Made by a program: the position numbers and the translations under genes. The notes under the pieces are model-generated. The model did no database searches and was not told the DNA's origin. It saw only the letters and a program-made list of their open reading frames with translations. Below, one piece after another: positions 43,768 to 57,207 of a stretch of DNA of 64,000 bases (the stretch's first letter is position 1; each line of letters opens with the position of its first letter). The stretch is from Acidimicrobiia bacterium (GTDB lineage Bacteria; Actinomycetota; Acidimicrobiia; IMCC26256; JACDBD01). The stretch is taken from the NCBI GenBank assembly GCA_051002235.1, contig JBPCMN010000058.1, positions 3,769-67,768 of the forward strand, read 5' to 3'.

Positions 43768-44310
43768 ATGAGCCCCGACGCCGAGGCCGTCGACCGGATC
43801 GACGCCTACGCCAACGCCCTGCTCGATGTGGCGAAGGCCGAGGGCGTCCTGGGCGAGGTCGAGGACGACCTGTTCCGCTTCGCCCGTGCGTTGGAGGCCT
43901 CCGACGAGCTCCGCCTGGCGCTCACCGACCCCGCCCTGCCGCCCGAACGGCGCATGGCGGTGGTCGAGGAGCTCATGGGCGGGAAGGCGCTGGAGGCATC
44001 GGCCGCGCTGGCCGCGTTCATCGCCGGCATCGGCCGCGCCTCCGACCTGCCCGCCATCGTCGACCGCTTCGTGGAGAAGGCAGCGCGCGAGCGCCAGCGC
44101 GAGGTCGCAGAGGTGCGCAGCGCGATCCCCCTCGACGACAAGCAGCGCGACCGCCTGGCGAAGGCGCTGTCGAAGGCCACCGGGAAAGAGGTGGAGGTGA
44201 AGGTCGTCGTGGACCCCAAGGTCCTGGGCGGCGTCGTCGCCACCGTCGGCGACACCGTGATCGACGGCACCGTCCGCCACCGACTCGATCAACTGAAGGA
44301 AAGGATCTAG
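43768..44310 (+). CDS. atpH: F0F1 ATP synthase subunit delta
   Basis: Track ORF of 180 aa, OSCP/delta pattern (...VVDPKVLGGVVATVGDTVIDGTVRHRL). Confidence 0.9.
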   Translation: MSPDAEAVDRIDAYANALLDVAKAEGVLGEVEDDLFRFARALEASDELRLALTDPALPPERRMAVVEELMGGKALEASAALAAFIAGIGRASDLPAIVDRFVEKAARERQREVAEVRSAIPLDDKQRDRLAKALSKATGKEVEVKVVVDPKVLGGVVATVGDTVIDGTVRHRLDQLKERI

Positions 44311-44316
44311 CTCCGC

Positions 44317-45849
44317 ATGCCCGAGCTCACGATCAACGCCGACGAGATCGCGGCGGCGCTGCGCAAGCACGTCGAGGGCTTCCAGCCCGAGACGGCCCAG
44401 GCCCAGGTCGGACGGGTGCTCGAGGTCGGCGACGGCATCGCCCGGGTCTCGGGTCTGCCCCAGACGTCGGTGAACGAGCTGCTCGAGTTCGAGGGCGGTC
44501 ACCTCGGGCTGGCGCTCAACCTCGACGAAGAGTCGATCGGCGCCGTGATCCTCGGCGAGTCCGACGTGATCGAGGAGGGCCACACCGCCCGCGCCACCGG
44601 CCGCATCCTGTCGGTGCCGGTCGGCGACGCCGTGATCGGCCGGGTGGTGAACGCCCTGGGCCAGCCCATCGACGGCAAGGGCCCGGTGAGCACCGAGACG
44701 TTCCGCCGGCTCGAGGTGCAGGCCCCCGGGATCGTCTACCGCCAGCCGGTGAAGGAGCCGCTCCAGACCGGCATCAAGGCGATCGACGCGATGACGCCCA
44801 TCGGACGGGGCCAGCGCGAGCTCATCATCGGCGACCGTAAGACCGGCAAGACCACCATCGCAGTCGACACGATCATCAACCAGCGCGGCCTGGGCGTGAA
44901 GTGCATCTACGTCGGCGTCGGCCAGAAGGGCTCGACGGTCGCCCAGACCGTCGCCACCCTCGAGGAGCACGGCGCGATGGAGTACACCGTCGTGGTCAAC
45001 GCCCCCGCCGCCGACGAGGCCGTGTTCAAGTACCTCGCGCCCTACGCCGGGTGCGCGATCGGCCAGCACTGGATGGACAACGGCGAGCACGCGCTGGTGG
45101 TGTACGACGACCTCTCGAAGCAGGCCGAGGCGTACCGGCAGCTCTCGCTGCTGCTGCGCCGCCCGCCCGGGCGCGAGGCCTACCCCGGCGACGTGTTCTA
45201 CCTACACAGCCGGTTGCTGGAGCGCTCCGCCAAGCTCAACGACGAGCGGGGCGCGGGCTCGCTGACGGCGCTGCCCGTGATCGAGACCAAGGGCGGCGAC
45301 GTCTCCGCCTACATCCCGACCAATGTCATCTCGATCACCGACGGCCAGATCTACCTCGTCGACGACCTGTTCAAGTCGGGCGTCCGGCCCGCGGTCGACG
45401 TCGGCATCTCGGTGTCCCGGGTGGGCGGCAACGCCCAGGTGAAGGCGATGAGGTCGGTGTCGGGCACGCTCAAGCTCGACCTGGCTCAGTTCCGCGAGCT
45501 CGAGGCGTTCGCGACCTTCGGCTCCGAGCTCGACAAGGTCTCGCGCGCCCAGCTCGACCGGGGCTACCGCCTCACCGAGCTCCTGAAGCAGCCCCTCAAC
45601 TCGCCCATGCCGGTCGAGGAGCAGGTGATCGCCATCTACTCGGGGACCGGCGGCGCGCTCGACGACCTTCCGGTCGATGACGTGCGCCGGTTCGAGACCG
45701 AGCTGCTCGAGTGGTTCCGCACCCGGCACTCCGCGATGCTCGACGCCATTCGCGAGACCGGCACGCTGCCCGACGAGGACGAGCTGAAGAAGGCGGTCGA
45801 CGACTTCAAGGCCCAGTTCGCGACCAGCGATTCGGGAGCGGGCGAGTAG
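44317..45849 (+). CDS. atpA: F0F1 ATP synthase subunit alpha
   Basis: Track ORF of 510 aa: GDRKTGKT (P-loop), [11 protein letters not shown]. Confidence 0.97.
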   Translation: MPELTINADEIAAALRKHVEGFQPETAQAQVGRVLEVGDGIARVSGLPQTSVNELLEFEGGHLGLALNLDEESIGAVILGESDVIEEGHTARATGRILSVPVGDAVIGRVVNALGQPIDGKGPVSTETFRRLEVQAPGIVYRQPVKEPLQTGIKAIDAMTPIGRGQRELIIGDRKTGKTTIAVDTIINQRGLGVKCIYVGVGQKGSTVAQTVATLEEHGAMEYTVVVNAPAADEAVFKYLAPYAGCAIGQHWMDNGEHALVVYDDLSKQAEAYRQLSLLLRRPPGREAYPGDVFYLHSRLLERSAKLNDERGAGSLTALPVIETKGGDVSAYIPTNVISITDGQIYLVDDLFKSGVRPAVDVGISVSRVGGNAQVKAMRSVSGTLKLDLAQFRELEAFATFGSELDKVSRAQLDRGYRLTELLKQPLNSPMPVEEQVIAIYSGTGGALDDLPVDDVRRFETELLEWFRTRHSAMLDAIRETGTLPDEDELKKAVDDFKAQFATSDSGAGE

Positions 45850-45852
45850 TCC

Positions 45853-48318
<2,466 letters not shown>

Positions 48319-48319
<1 letters not shown>

Positions 48320-48633
48320 TGCCACTTCACGTCGAGCTGGTCGCGCCCGAGAGCGTCCTCTACGAGGGCGAGGCCGACATGGTCGTGTGCCGCACGACCG
48401 ACGGCGAGATCGCGTTCCTGCCCGGCCACGTGTCGTTCCTCGGCGCCCTCGGGGTCGGGGAGGTGCGGGTGCTCCTGCCCGGCGGCGGGGCCAGTGGTTC
48501 GAGCGAGGAGGCGTTCTCGGTCGACGGCGGCTTCGTCGAGGTGCGCGACGACAAGGTCACGGTGCTGTCGGACGCGGCCCGGCTCGACGACGAGGGTGAA
48601 TCGCCGGACGGACCAGAGGCCGACACCGCCTGA
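48319..48633 (+). CDS. atpC: F0F1 ATP synthase subunit epsilon (short form)
   Basis: Track ORF of 104 aa whose GTG overlaps the atpD stop. The beta-sandwich part is LHVELVAPESVLYEGEADMVVCRTTDGEIAFLPGH. The C-terminus is acidic and low-complexity. Confidence 0.9.
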
Positions 48634-48659
48634 GTTCGTCCGCTCGCTACCGTCGCTCC

Positions 48660-49577
48660 ATGCGTCGGACGCTCCTCCTGCTGACCGCGCTCGCCCTCGT
48701 CCTCGCGGCCTGTGACTCGGGTGGCCCGGAAACGGAACGGCAGCTCGCGCCCGGCGCGCTCCGTCCGTACGAGGGCCTGGGGACGTGGGTCGACGTGTAC
48801 GACTACGTCCCCGGATTCCAGGAACCGGGCGAGCTGCCGGCGGTCACGGTGGGCAGCATCGACGACATGGCCGCGCTGGGGGTGCGCACGCTGTACCTCC
48901 AGTCGGCCCAGGACGATCCTCGCTCGCCCGACGACACCATCGATCGCGCGCTGCTCGGTAAGTTCCTCCGGCGGGCGCACGAGCACGGCATCGAGGTCGT
49001 GGCGTGGTATCTGCCCCGGTTCGTCGACGTCGACTCCGACCTGCGCCGCATCCGCGCCCTCCATCGCTTCCGATCGCAGGGCCAGCGGTTCGACGGGCTC
49101 GCGCTCGACATCGAGTGGACGGAGGGCGTGCCCGACGTCGAGGCTCGCAACGCCGCCCTCATCGACCTTTCGGAGCGCGTGCGGGAGCTGGTGGGTGACG
49201 AGTACCCGGTGGCGGCGATCGTGCTCGAACCGGTCCTACTCGAGGTGGTCAGCCCGCAGTACTGGCCGTCGTTCCCGTGGAAGAAGGTTGAGCCCCACTA
49301 CGACGTGTGGATGCCGATGAACTACTGGACCAACCGCCAGGAGGACTCCGGGTACCGCGAGGGGTTCAAGTACACCGAGGAGAACGTGCGCCGGCTGCGC
49401 GCCAACCTGGAGGACGACGACGCGGCGGTGCACACGATCGGCGGCATCGGCGACGGCGCGACCGCGGCCGACTACGAGGGCTTCGTGAGGGCTAGCCGCG
49501 AGGCCGACGCGCTGGGCTGGTCGGTGTACGACTTCAATACCGTCGCGACCAGCGCCTGGCCCCGGTTGCGCGGCTGA
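48660..49577 (+). CDS. lipoprotein, putative glycoside-hydrolase-like TIM-barrel protein
   Basis: Track ORF of 305 aa with lipobox LVLAAC. The pattern GTWVDVYDY...RTLYLQSA...HGIEVVAWYLP...FDGLALDIE is typical of the uncharacterised GH-like (DUF4015/GHL-type) families. Confidence 0.7.
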   Translation: MRRTLLLLTALALVLAACDSGGPETERQLAPGALRPYEGLGTWVDVYDYVPGFQEPGELPAVTVGSIDDMAALGVRTLYLQSAQDDPRSPDDTIDRALLGKFLRRAHEHGIEVVAWYLPRFVDVDSDLRRIRALHRFRSQGQRFDGLALDIEWTEGVPDVEARNAALIDLSERVRELVGDEYPVAAIVLEPVLLEVVSPQYWPSFPWKKVEPHYDVWMPMNYWTNRQEDSGYREGFKYTEENVRRLRANLEDDDAAVHTIGGIGDGATAADYEGFVRASREADALGWSVYDFNTVATSAWPRLRG

Positions 49578-49598
49578 TCGGCGGGTAGGTTGACGGGC

Positions 49599-50618
49599 AT
49601 GGCGGTCACGGGCGCCAACACCATCATCGCCGGGGTCAACAAGGCAGGGACGACGTCGCTGTTCGTGTCGCTTCAGGCCCATCCCGAGGTGGCGACGTCG
49701 TCGGTCAAGGAGACGCGGTATTTCCTGCCGGCGCGGTACGGCGAGCCGCTCGAGCCCGCGTCCGTCTATGAGTCGTATTTCGCTCACGCCGGGGACCGCC
49801 CGATCCGGCTGGAGGCGACGCCCGCCTACTTCTACGGCGGCGAACCGCTGGTGGCGAGCATCGTCGACCTGCTCGGCTCCGAGGTCCGGGCGATCGTGGT
49901 GCTGCGCGAGCCGGTCAGCCGGCTGGTCTCGTTCTTCACGTTCCAGAAGACGCGCCTCCGCATCCCGGAGTCGATGACGCTGGACGAGTACCTGGCGGCT
50001 GCTGACCGGCTCTCCGACGCCGACTTCGCCGACCCCGCGAACGAGCGGTACTTCGGCTTCCGGGGCGGGTGCTACGCCGACTTCCTTCCGGCGTGGGTCG
50101 CCGCGTTCGGCTCCCGGCTGCGGGTGGTGTTCTTCGACGACCTCGTCGCCCGACCCGAGATCGTCCTCCAGGAGGTGGCGACGTGGCTCGGCGTCGACCC
50201 GGACGCGTTCCCGGCTCCCGACCTGAGCTCCGAGAACCGCACCACCGGTTTCCGGTTCCGTGGCTTCCAACGGGCCGCGCTGTTCGCGAACGACCGGCTC
50301 GAGCGGTTCCTGCGCCGACACCCGGCGCTGAAGCAGCGGCTGCGGGCGGCCTACTACCGCATCAACGGCCGTGCCGCGCGTGAAGTGGTGCCGCAAACGG
50401 TGCGGGCCGAGCTCGAGGAGCGCTACCGCGAGCCGAACGTCAGACTCGCGGGGCAGCTGCGCGACGCGGGAGTGACTGAAGTCCCCGCGTGGGTTCCGGA
50501 ACCGCGAGGAAGGCCTGCCATCCACCGGCGATCAGCCGCGATTGCGCGCGAGCGGCGAGCGCCCCGAAGGGCGGCGGCAGGTACCCTGCCGCCGAGCGAG
50601 CGCGACCAGGAGAGCTAG
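49599..50618 (+). CDS. sulfotransferase-family protein
   Basis: Track ORF 49590..50618; I prefer the ATG at 49599. The segment [14 protein letters not shown] matches the PAPS 5'-phosphosulfate-binding loop, and [14 protein letters not shown] matches the 3'-phosphate motif region. Confidence 0.8.
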   Translation: MAVTGANTIIAGVNKAGTTSLFVSLQAHPEVATSSVKETRYFLPARYGEPLEPASVYESYFAHAGDRPIRLEATPAYFYGGEPLVASIVDLLGSEVRAIVVLREPVSRLVSFFTFQKTRLRIPESMTLDEYLAAADRLSDADFADPANERYFGFRGGCYADFLPAWVAAFGSRLRVVFFDDLVARPEIVLQEVATWLGVDPDAFPAPDLSSENRTTGFRFRGFQRAALFANDRLERFLRRHPALKQRLRAAYYRINGRAAREVVPQTVRAELEERYREPNVRLAGQLRDAGVTEVPAWVPEPRGRPAIHRRSAAIARERRAPRRAAAGTLPPSERDQES

Positions 50619-51601
50619 TCGAACTTGACGGAGGAGTACCGCATGAGCTTCTGCCAGCGGTGGCTGGCGTCGATCGTGCGGATCGTCCCCGACTTCGAGC
50701 GCATCACCAGCGTCTGTGTTCCCGCGCCGGTGCCCCAGTAGCGGACGCCCTTGAGCAGGTCGCCGTCGGTCACTCCGGTGGCGGAGAAGAAGACGTCGCC
50801 GGCGACGAGATCGTCGGTCGAGAGCACCCGGTCGAGGTCGTAGCCGGCGTCGAGCGCCTGCTTGCGCTCGTCGTCGTCACGGGGCCACAGCCGCCCCTGG
50901 ATCGACCCGCCGAGGCACTTCAGCGCGCAGGCGGCGATGACGCCCTCGGGCGTGCCGCCGATGCCGAACAGGATGTTGGTGCCGCTGGCGGGCCACGCCG
51001 TCGAGATCGCGCCGGCGACGTCGCCGTCGGGGATGAGGCGGATGCGGGCGCCGGCCTCGCGGCATTCCCTGATGATTTCCTCGTGCCGGGGGCGGTCGAG
51101 GATCGTCGCGGTGACGTCGTCGACGTCCTCGCCCAGCGCCTTGGCCACCGCCTCGAGGTTGGCCTTCACCGGCGCGTCGAGGTCGATGGCGTCGACCGCT
51201 TCGGGCCCGACCGCGATCTTCTCCATGTACACGCACGGGCCGGGGTCGTACATCGTCCCCCGGTCGGCGAGCGCGATCACCGCGATGGCGTTGGGTCGGC
51301 CGAGCGAGGTGAGGGTGGTCCCGTCGATGGGGTCCACCGCGATGTCCATCGCCGGGCCACCGGCGCCGATCTCCTCGCCGTTGTAGAGCATCGGCGCTTC
51401 GTCCTTCTCCCCCTCGCCGATGACGACGATGCCGTCCATCGACACCGTGTTCAGAACGAGCCGCATGGCGTCGACCGCGGCCTGGTCGGCGGCCTCCTTG
51501 TCGCCCCGGCCCATCCACCGCCCGCCGGCGAGCGCGGCCGCCTCCGTGACCCGGCACAGGTCCATGGCGAGGTTGCGGTCGGGAGCCTGGCGTTCCTCCA
51601 T
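50615..51601 (-). CDS. glpX: class II fructose-1,6-bisphosphatase
   Basis: Track ORF 50615..51631; I prefer the ATG at 51601. The protein reads [31 protein letters not shown]...[13 protein letters not shown]...DPIDGTT...GGTPEGV. Confidence 0.9.
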   Translation of the reverse strand: MEERQAPDRNLAMDLCRVTEAAALAGGRWMGRGDKEAADQAAVDAMRLVLNTVSMDGIVVIGEGEKDEAPMLYNGEEIGAGGPAMDIAVDPIDGTTLTSLGRPNAIAVIALADRGTMYDPGPCVYMEKIAVGPEAVDAIDLDAPVKANLEAVAKALGEDVDDVTATILDRPRHEEIIRECREAGARIRLIPDGDVAGAISTAWPASGTNILFGIGGTPEGVIAACALKCLGGSIQGRLWPRDDDERKQALDAGYDLDRVLSTDDLVAGDVFFSATGVTDGDLLKGVRYWGTGAGTQTLVMRSKSGTIRTIDASHRWQKLMRYSSVKFD

Positions 51602-51663
51602 GCCGGGATTCTTACCGCAACGGGACGTCATCGGGTCGGGGCGGCTCCGGTACCGTTGAGCCC

Positions 51664-53322
51664 ATGGCCAACCCGTCCGAGTCGTCGTTGGAGAGGTCGT
51701 TGGAGAGATGGCGCGAGGCGTTCGCGGCCGCGCCGCAGCGTGAGGCCGATTTCGACACGATGTCGGGTGTGCCGGTCGAGCCCGTGTACGGGCCCGACGA
51801 CGGTGAGTTCCCGGCGCAGTGGCCGTACACCCGCGGCCCGTACGCCTCGATGTACCGGTCGAAGCTGTGGACGATGCGGATGTTCGCCGGTTTCGGGACC
51901 GCCCTCGACACCAACGCCCGGTTCCGTGACCTGCTCGCCGCCGGCGGCGACGGGCTCTCCACCGCGTTCGACCTGCCCACGCTCATGGGGCGGGACTCCG
52001 ACGACCCGCTGGCGCTGGGCGAAGTGGGCAAGTGCGGCGTCGCCATCGACACGCTCGCCGACGTCGAGGACCTCTACCGCGACATCGACCTGTCAACGGT
52101 TACGACCTCGATGACGATCAACTCGCCCGCGCCCATCCTGCTGGCGATGTACGTGGGTGCGGCCGAGCGGTCGGGCACCACGCGGCGCGATCTCGGCGGC
52201 ACCCTGCAGAACGACATTCTCAAGGAGTATCAGGCGCAGAAGGAGTACGTGTTCCCGCCGCGGCCGTCGATGCGGCTGGTGACGGACACCATCCGGTTCT
52301 GCGCCGCCGAGATGCCGCGCTGGCACCCGATCTCGGTGTCGGGGTACCACATCCGCGAAGCCGGCTCGACCGCGGCGCAGGAGCTCGCGTTCACGATCGC
52401 CAACGGGTTCGCCTACGTCGAATCCGGCGTTGATGCCGGGCTGGAGGTCGACGAGTTCGCGCCCCGGCTGAGTTTCTTCTTCAACGCCCACATCGACTTC
52501 TTCGAGGAGATCGCCAAGTACCGCGCCGCCCGGCGCATCTGGGCCCGGTGGCTGCGCGACCGGTACGGCGCGACCGCGGAGCGCTCGCTCCAGCTGCGGT
52601 TCCACACCCAGACCGCGGGCGTGTCGCTCACCGCCCAGCAGCCCGAGGTCAACATCGTGCGCACCGCCATCGAGGCGCTGGCGGGGGTGCTCGGCGGCAC
52701 CCAGAGCCTGCACACCAACTCGATGGACGAGGTGCTCGCGCTGCCGACCCAGAAGGCGGCGCGCATCGCGCTTCGTACCCAGCAGGTCGTCGCCCACGAG
52801 ACCCGCGTCGCCAACGTCGCCGATCCGCTCGGCGGTTCGCACTACGTGGAGGCGCTCACCGACGAGATGGAGCGCCGGGCCGAGGAGGTGTTCGACCACC
52901 TCGACCGGCTCGGCGACGGATCGATGCGCGAAGGCGTGTTGCGGGCGATCGAGGAGGGCTGGTTCCAACGCGAGATCGGCGACGCCGCCTACGAGCTCGA
53001 GCGCAAGCTCAACGACCGCCGCCACCTGCTCGTCGGGGTGAACATCGCCACCGAGGGCAACGACGAGCCCCAGCCCGACATCCTCCGCATCGGGCCGGAG
53101 GTGGAGGAGGCGCAGCTCAAGCGGCTGGCGAAGGTCAAGGCCGACCGCGACCGGGAGCGGGTCGACGACGCCCTCGACCGGGTCCGCGCCGACGCGTCCG
53201 ATCCGACCGTCAACGTCATGCCGGCCCTGCTCGACGCGGTGGCGACACAGGCAACCGTGGGTGAGGTCATCGACGCGCTGGCCGACGTGTTCGGCCGGTA
53301 CCGCGAGGACCCGGTCATCTAG
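51664..53322 (+). CDS. methylmalonyl-CoA mutase-family catalytic (large) subunit without B12-binding domain (IcmA/McmA-like)
   Basis: Track ORF of 552 aa: [24 protein letters not shown]...[10 protein letters not shown]...[14 protein letters not shown]. It ends before any DxHxxG B12-binding module. Confidence 0.9.
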   Translation: MANPSESSLERSLERWREAFAAAPQREADFDTMSGVPVEPVYGPDDGEFPAQWPYTRGPYASMYRSKLWTMRMFAGFGTALDTNARFRDLLAAGGDGLSTAFDLPTLMGRDSDDPLALGEVGKCGVAIDTLADVEDLYRDIDLSTVTTSMTINSPAPILLAMYVGAAERSGTTRRDLGGTLQNDILKEYQAQKEYVFPPRPSMRLVTDTIRFCAAEMPRWHPISVSGYHIREAGSTAAQELAFTIANGFAYVESGVDAGLEVDEFAPRLSFFFNAHIDFFEEIAKYRAARRIWARWLRDRYGATAERSLQLRFHTQTAGVSLTAQQPEVNIVRTAIEALAGVLGGTQSLHTNSMDEVLALPTQKAARIALRTQQVVAHETRVANVADPLGGSHYVEALTDEMERRAEEVFDHLDRLGDGSMREGVLRAIEEGWFQREIGDAAYELERKLNDRRHLLVGVNIATEGNDEPQPDILRIGPEVEEAQLKRLAKVKADRDRERVDDALDRVRADASDPTVNVMPALLDAVATQATVGEVIDALADVFGRYREDPVI

Positions 53323-53377
53323 CGCGGGTGGCGCAAGCGGCAGAGGTGATGCGATTCCGCGGAACGAGGCAATAGTG

Positions 53378-53992
53378 ATGGATGACGCCCTCCTCGCGGT
53401 CGCGCGCGAGGCCAAGGGGTTCATGCCCGACGACGAGGGTGCCGCCCTCCACGAGGCCGGGCGGAGGGCGGCCCCGTGCGGGCCGCTGCTCGAGGTCGGC
53501 AGCTACTGCGGCAAGTCGGCCGTGTACCTCGGTGCCGCGGCGCGCGCCGGCGGAACGGTGCTGTTCAGCATCGACCACCATCACGGCTCGGAGGAGAACC
53601 AGGCCGGGTGGGAGCACCACGATCCCGAGGTCGTCGACCCCGAGACCGGACGGATGGACACGCTGCCGTTGTTCCGGCGCACCATCGAGCGCGCCGGGCT
53701 CGAGGATGTGGTCGTCGGTGTCGTCGGCGACTCGGCCACGATCGCCCGCCACTGGCGCACCCCCCTCGGCCTGCTGTTCATCGACGGCGGCCACGCGCTC
53801 GACATCGTCCTTGCCGACTACGAGGGCTGGTCACCGCACGTCGCGCCGGATGGTCTGCTCGTGTTCCACGACGTGTTCGAGGACCCCGCCGAGGGCGGTC
53901 AGGCGCCGTACCAGGCGTGGAAGCGCGCCGTGGGCGACGGTTTCACGCCCGAGTCGACGACCGGCAGCCTGCGGGTATTGCGGGGCGGGTAA
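53378..53992 (+). CDS. class I SAM-dependent methyltransferase (CmcI/O-MT-3-like)
   Basis: ATG at 53378 inside track ORF 53261..53992: LLEVGSYCGKSAVYL...LLFIDGGHA...GLLVFHDV. Confidence 0.8.
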   Translation: MDDALLAVAREAKGFMPDDEGAALHEAGRRAAPCGPLLEVGSYCGKSAVYLGAAARAGGTVLFSIDHHHGSEENQAGWEHHDPEVVDPETGRMDTLPLFRRTIERAGLEDVVVGVVGDSATIARHWRTPLGLLFIDGGHALDIVLADYEGWSPHVAPDGLLVFHDVFEDPAEGGQAPYQAWKRAVGDGFTPESTTGSLRVLRGG

Positions 53993-53997
53993 CGGCC

Positions 53998-55116
53998 CTA
54001 GCGGTCGCGCCAGCGGCGCACGCCGGCGCGCTCGCCCTCGATCTCGACGCCGGCGGCGAGAAGCTCTTCGGGGGTGAGACCCACGGGCAGGCCTTCGCCC
54101 CGGAACAGCCCCGCGGTGGGCCCGTCGCCGCCCAGCGCGTGGGCGGCGAGCACGACCGCGGCGGAGTTCCAGGTCGGCTGCTCGACCGGGTAGAGCTGGC
54201 CGTCGCGTTCGAACCGCTCGTTGTCGAAGTTGGCGCCGGTCCAGTACCCGCCGCCGTCGGCCCGCAGGAACTGCACCCATTCGAACAGCTTGTGGGCCTC
54301 GGCGGACGCGCCGATGGCGTCCAGGGCGAGGACGAACTCGCAGGTCTCGGCGGCGGTCACCCAGGGCTTGTCGGACACGCAGCGCACGCCGCGCCCTTCG
54401 ACGACGAACGTCTGCCATCCGCCCGCGACCCGGGCGTGGGCCGACGGACCGCGCAGCACGCCGCCGAGGACGGGGTAATACCAGTCCATCGCCCAGCGCG
54501 ACTTGTCGAGGAAGACGTCGGGACGGTGCGCGACCGCGATGGCGAGCGAGCCCAGTGACATCTCCCAGTCGGGGCGCTCGTGGCCCAGGCGCTCGGCGAC
54601 CGCGATCGCGTGACGCAGGCTGGCGTGCACGCTCGACGAGCCCGTGAGCAAGGCGCCGTCGCCGGGGTCGTCGCCCCGCCACGCCAGCTCCCCGGTCTCG
54701 GTTTGGTGGTCGAGGGCGAAGTCGATGGCCCGCTCCACCACCGGCCAGAACCGCTCGAGGAAGCGGCGATCGTCGGTCGACAGGTAGTGGTGCCAGACGC
54801 CGTTCGCCACGTAGCAGGTGACGTTGGTGTCGAGCGCCTCGTCCTTGACGTCGTTGCCGACGTAGTACGCGTGCCAGGCGCCGTCGGGACGCTGCATCCC
54901 GCCGAGCCAGTCGTAGGCGGCGGCGGCTTCGTCGTGGTAGCCGCCGACGTCGAGGGCCATCGCCGCTTCGACCAGGTTCCACGGGTCGGTGTGGTCGCCG
55001 GGGGTCCACGGGATATTCCCGTCCGGAAGCTGGATGGCCGCGATCGCGGCGCACGTGGCCGCGACCTCCTGTCGGCTCAGGATGCCCGGCACCTCGGGCA
55101 GCTCACGCTGCGACAT
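53998..55116 (-). CDS. prenyltransferase/squalene-oxidase-repeat (alpha/alpha-toroid) protein
   Basis: Track ORF of 372 aa with repeated QW-like motifs (IQLPDGNIPW, MQRPDGAWHAY, HQTETGELAW). Its start overlaps the end of the upstream methyltransferase by 14 nt. Confidence 0.7.
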   Translation of the reverse strand: MSQRELPEVPGILSRQEVAATCAAIAAIQLPDGNIPWTPGDHTDPWNLVEAAMALDVGGYHDEAAAAYDWLGGMQRPDGAWHAYYVGNDVKDEALDTNVTCYVANGVWHHYLSTDDRRFLERFWPVVERAIDFALDHQTETGELAWRGDDPGDGALLTGSSSVHASLRHAIAVAERLGHERPDWEMSLGSLAIAVAHRPDVFLDKSRWAMDWYYPVLGGVLRGPSAHARVAGGWQTFVVEGRGVRCVSDKPWVTAAETCEFVLALDAIGASAEAHKLFEWVQFLRADGGGYWTGANFDNERFERDGQLYPVEQPTWNSAAVVLAAHALGGDGPTAGLFRGEGLPVGLTPEELLAAGVEIEGERAGVRRWRDR

Positions 55117-55864
55117 CGTCGTGGTCCTTTCGTGTCGCTGCCCTCTCGGTGGCCGGCCGCTCGGAGTACACGACGAGGCTCTTGCCCAGGACGGGGTCGA
55201 GTGCCTTCCCCACCGCCGTCAGCCAGCGGGGACGGTTGGTCAGCTCCCACACCAGGAAGTCGTGGTAGCGGCGGACGGCCCAGGCGCGGTCGGCGCGCTC
55301 GACGCCCACCGCGCACCGCAGCCACCAGTACGGCGAGTGGAGCGCGTGGGCGTGGTGCGATCCCTTCGGGACCAGCCCGGCCGCGGTCAGCTTCGATTCG
55401 AGGTCGCGCTGGCGGTAGATGCGCACGTGCCCGCCGGGCGTGTCGTGGTAGCCGGAGTCGAGTGCCCAGCAGATCCGCTCGGGCAAGCGGGTTGGGACGG
55501 TGACCGCGATCCGGCCGCCCGGCCGCAGCACCCGGACGAGCTCGGCGAGCGCGCCCTCGTCGGCCCAGATGTGCTCGAGGACCTCGGCGGCGATGATCCG
55601 GTCGAAGCTGGCGTCGGGGAACGGGAGCGCGAGCGCGTCGCCGTTCACGACGCCGCCGGTCGCGCCGTAGCGGAGCTCCCCGGCGTCGAGCATTCCGCCG
55701 GCGACCGCGCTGACATCGGCGAGCTCGGTCGCGTCGGCGTCGAACGGCACGACGACCGCGCCGTGGCGCAGCGCCTCGAACGCGTGGCGGCCGCCGCCGC
55801 AGCCGAGATCGAGGAGCCGGTGACCGGGCCGGAGGTCGAGGCGCTCGAAGTCGACGGTCAACAC
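55103..55864 (-). CDS. class I SAM-dependent methyltransferase (type 11)
   Basis: GTG (55864-55862) inside track ORF 55103..56911, overlapping the GT stop (GTGTTGA). The protein reads LLDLGCGGGRHA...FDRIIAAEVLEHI...LRPGGRIAVTVP. Confidence 0.85.
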   Translation of the reverse strand: MLTVDFERLDLRPGHRLLDLGCGGGRHAFEALRHGAVVVPFDADATELADVSAVAGGMLDAGELRYGATGGVVNGDALALPFPDASFDRIIAAEVLEHIWADEGALAELVRVLRPGGRIAVTVPTRLPERICWALDSGYHDTPGGHVRIYRQRDLESKLTAAGLVPKGSHHAHALHSPYWWLRCAVGVERADRAWAVRRYHDFLVWELTNRPRWLTAVGKALDPVLGKSLVVYSERPATERAATRKDHDDVAA

Positions 55865-57144
55865 CGGGCCGCCCTGTCGTTGGGGAGCTGGTCGTCGAGG
55901 AGGGCGCGGTACTGCTCGACCGTGCGCGCCGCAGTGATGCGCCAGGTGAACCGCTCGAGCACGCGGGCGCGGCCGCGCTCGCCGATGCCGGCGCGAAGGT
56001 CGTGGCCGTCGAGGACGCGGCGGATTCCGGCAGCGAGCGCCGACGGGTCGCCGGGCGGGACGAGCAGGCCGGTGTCGCCGTCGCGCCCGACGACCTCGGG
56101 GAGCGCGCCGCCGGTGGTGGCGACGACGGGAACGCCGCAGGCCATCGCCTCGATCGCGGGGAGCGAGAAGCCCTCGTAGAGCGACGGCACCGCCGCCACC
56201 TCGGCCTCGGCGTACAACTCGACGATCCGCTCGGTCGTGACGCCCGAGACGAACGTGACCGAGCCCTCGAGGCCCAGGCGCTCGATCAGCGCGGGGATGG
56301 GGCTCTTCCCCTTCATCTTGCCGATTACGACGAGGTGGGCGTCGTCGCGCTCGGTGCGCACCTTGGCCAGGGCCTCCAGCAGCGGTGCCAGGCCCTTCAT
56401 CGGGACGTCGGCGCTGGCGGTGGTCATGATCCGACCCCGCACCCGGGCGACGCCGGGCACGGGCCGGAACGTCTCGGGGTCGACGCCCACCGGCACGACG
56501 TGCAGGCGGTCGAGCGGGATGTCCATCTGGGCGGCGATGTCGCGCTTCGACGACTCCGACACGGTCAGGTGGCGCGGGATGCGCCGCGCCACCTTGCTCT
56601 GCATGCCGAGGAAGCCGTACCACCGCCGCATCGCGAGGCGGCGCCACCTGCGCTGCTCGTGGGCGAGGTCGAGGTCGCGGTCGACCGTGATCGGATGGTG
56701 GAGAGTCGTGAGCACCGGCCAGCCGTCGTCGATCATCTTCGCCAGCCCGGTGCCGAGGCACTGGTTGTCGTGCAACAGGTCGAACTGGTGACGGCGGCGG
56801 CGCAGCATCCGGCGCACCCGCAGCGAGAACGTGTACGGCTCGGGGAACCCGGCGCCGCACATGATCGCGAACTCCTGCACGTCGATCCGACTCTTGAACT
56901 CCCACGGCCATGGCACCCGGAACGGGTTGTCGGGCCGGTAGAGGTCGAGGCTCGGGACGCGCGTCAGCTGGGCGGGGTCGTCGAGCTCGGGGTAGGGCGG
57001 CCCCGAGAACACCTCGACCTCGTGGCCGAGCGCGGCCAGCTCGCGGGCGAGGTAGCGGGTGTACACACCCTGGCCCCCGCAGTGGGGATTGCCCCGATAC
57101 ACCAGATACGCGACGCGCAGCGGCACAGCAGGAGACCCGGGCAT
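55858..57144 (-). CDS. GT4-family (GT-B) glycosyltransferase
   Basis: ATG (57144-57142) inside track ORF 55858..58572. The protein reads MPGSPAVPLRVAYLVYRGNPHCGGQGVYTRYLAREL...PSLYEGFSLPAIEAMACGVPVVAT. The upstream 476 aa of the track ORF are antisense to the peptidase gene. Confidence 0.9.
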   Translation of the reverse strand: MPGSPAVPLRVAYLVYRGNPHCGGQGVYTRYLARELAALGHEVEVFSGPPYPELDDPAQLTRVPSLDLYRPDNPFRVPWPWEFKSRIDVQEFAIMCGAGFPEPYTFSLRVRRMLRRRRHQFDLLHDNQCLGTGLAKMIDDGWPVLTTLHHPITVDRDLDLAHEQRRWRRLAMRRWYGFLGMQSKVARRIPRHLTVSESSKRDIAAQMDIPLDRLHVVPVGVDPETFRPVPGVARVRGRIMTTASADVPMKGLAPLLEALAKVRTERDDAHLVVIGKMKGKSPIPALIERLGLEGSVTFVSGVTTERIVELYAEAEVAAVPSLYEGFSLPAIEAMACGVPVVATTGGALPEVVGRDGDTGLLVPPGDPSALAAGIRRVLDGHDLRAGIGERGRARVLERFTWRITAARTVEQYRALLDDQLPNDRAARC

Positions 57145-57207
57145 AGAGGAGAACCTACTCGACGGTAGGCCAGTTCCCTGAAGGGGGCCCCGACTACCCT
57201 GCGCGCC

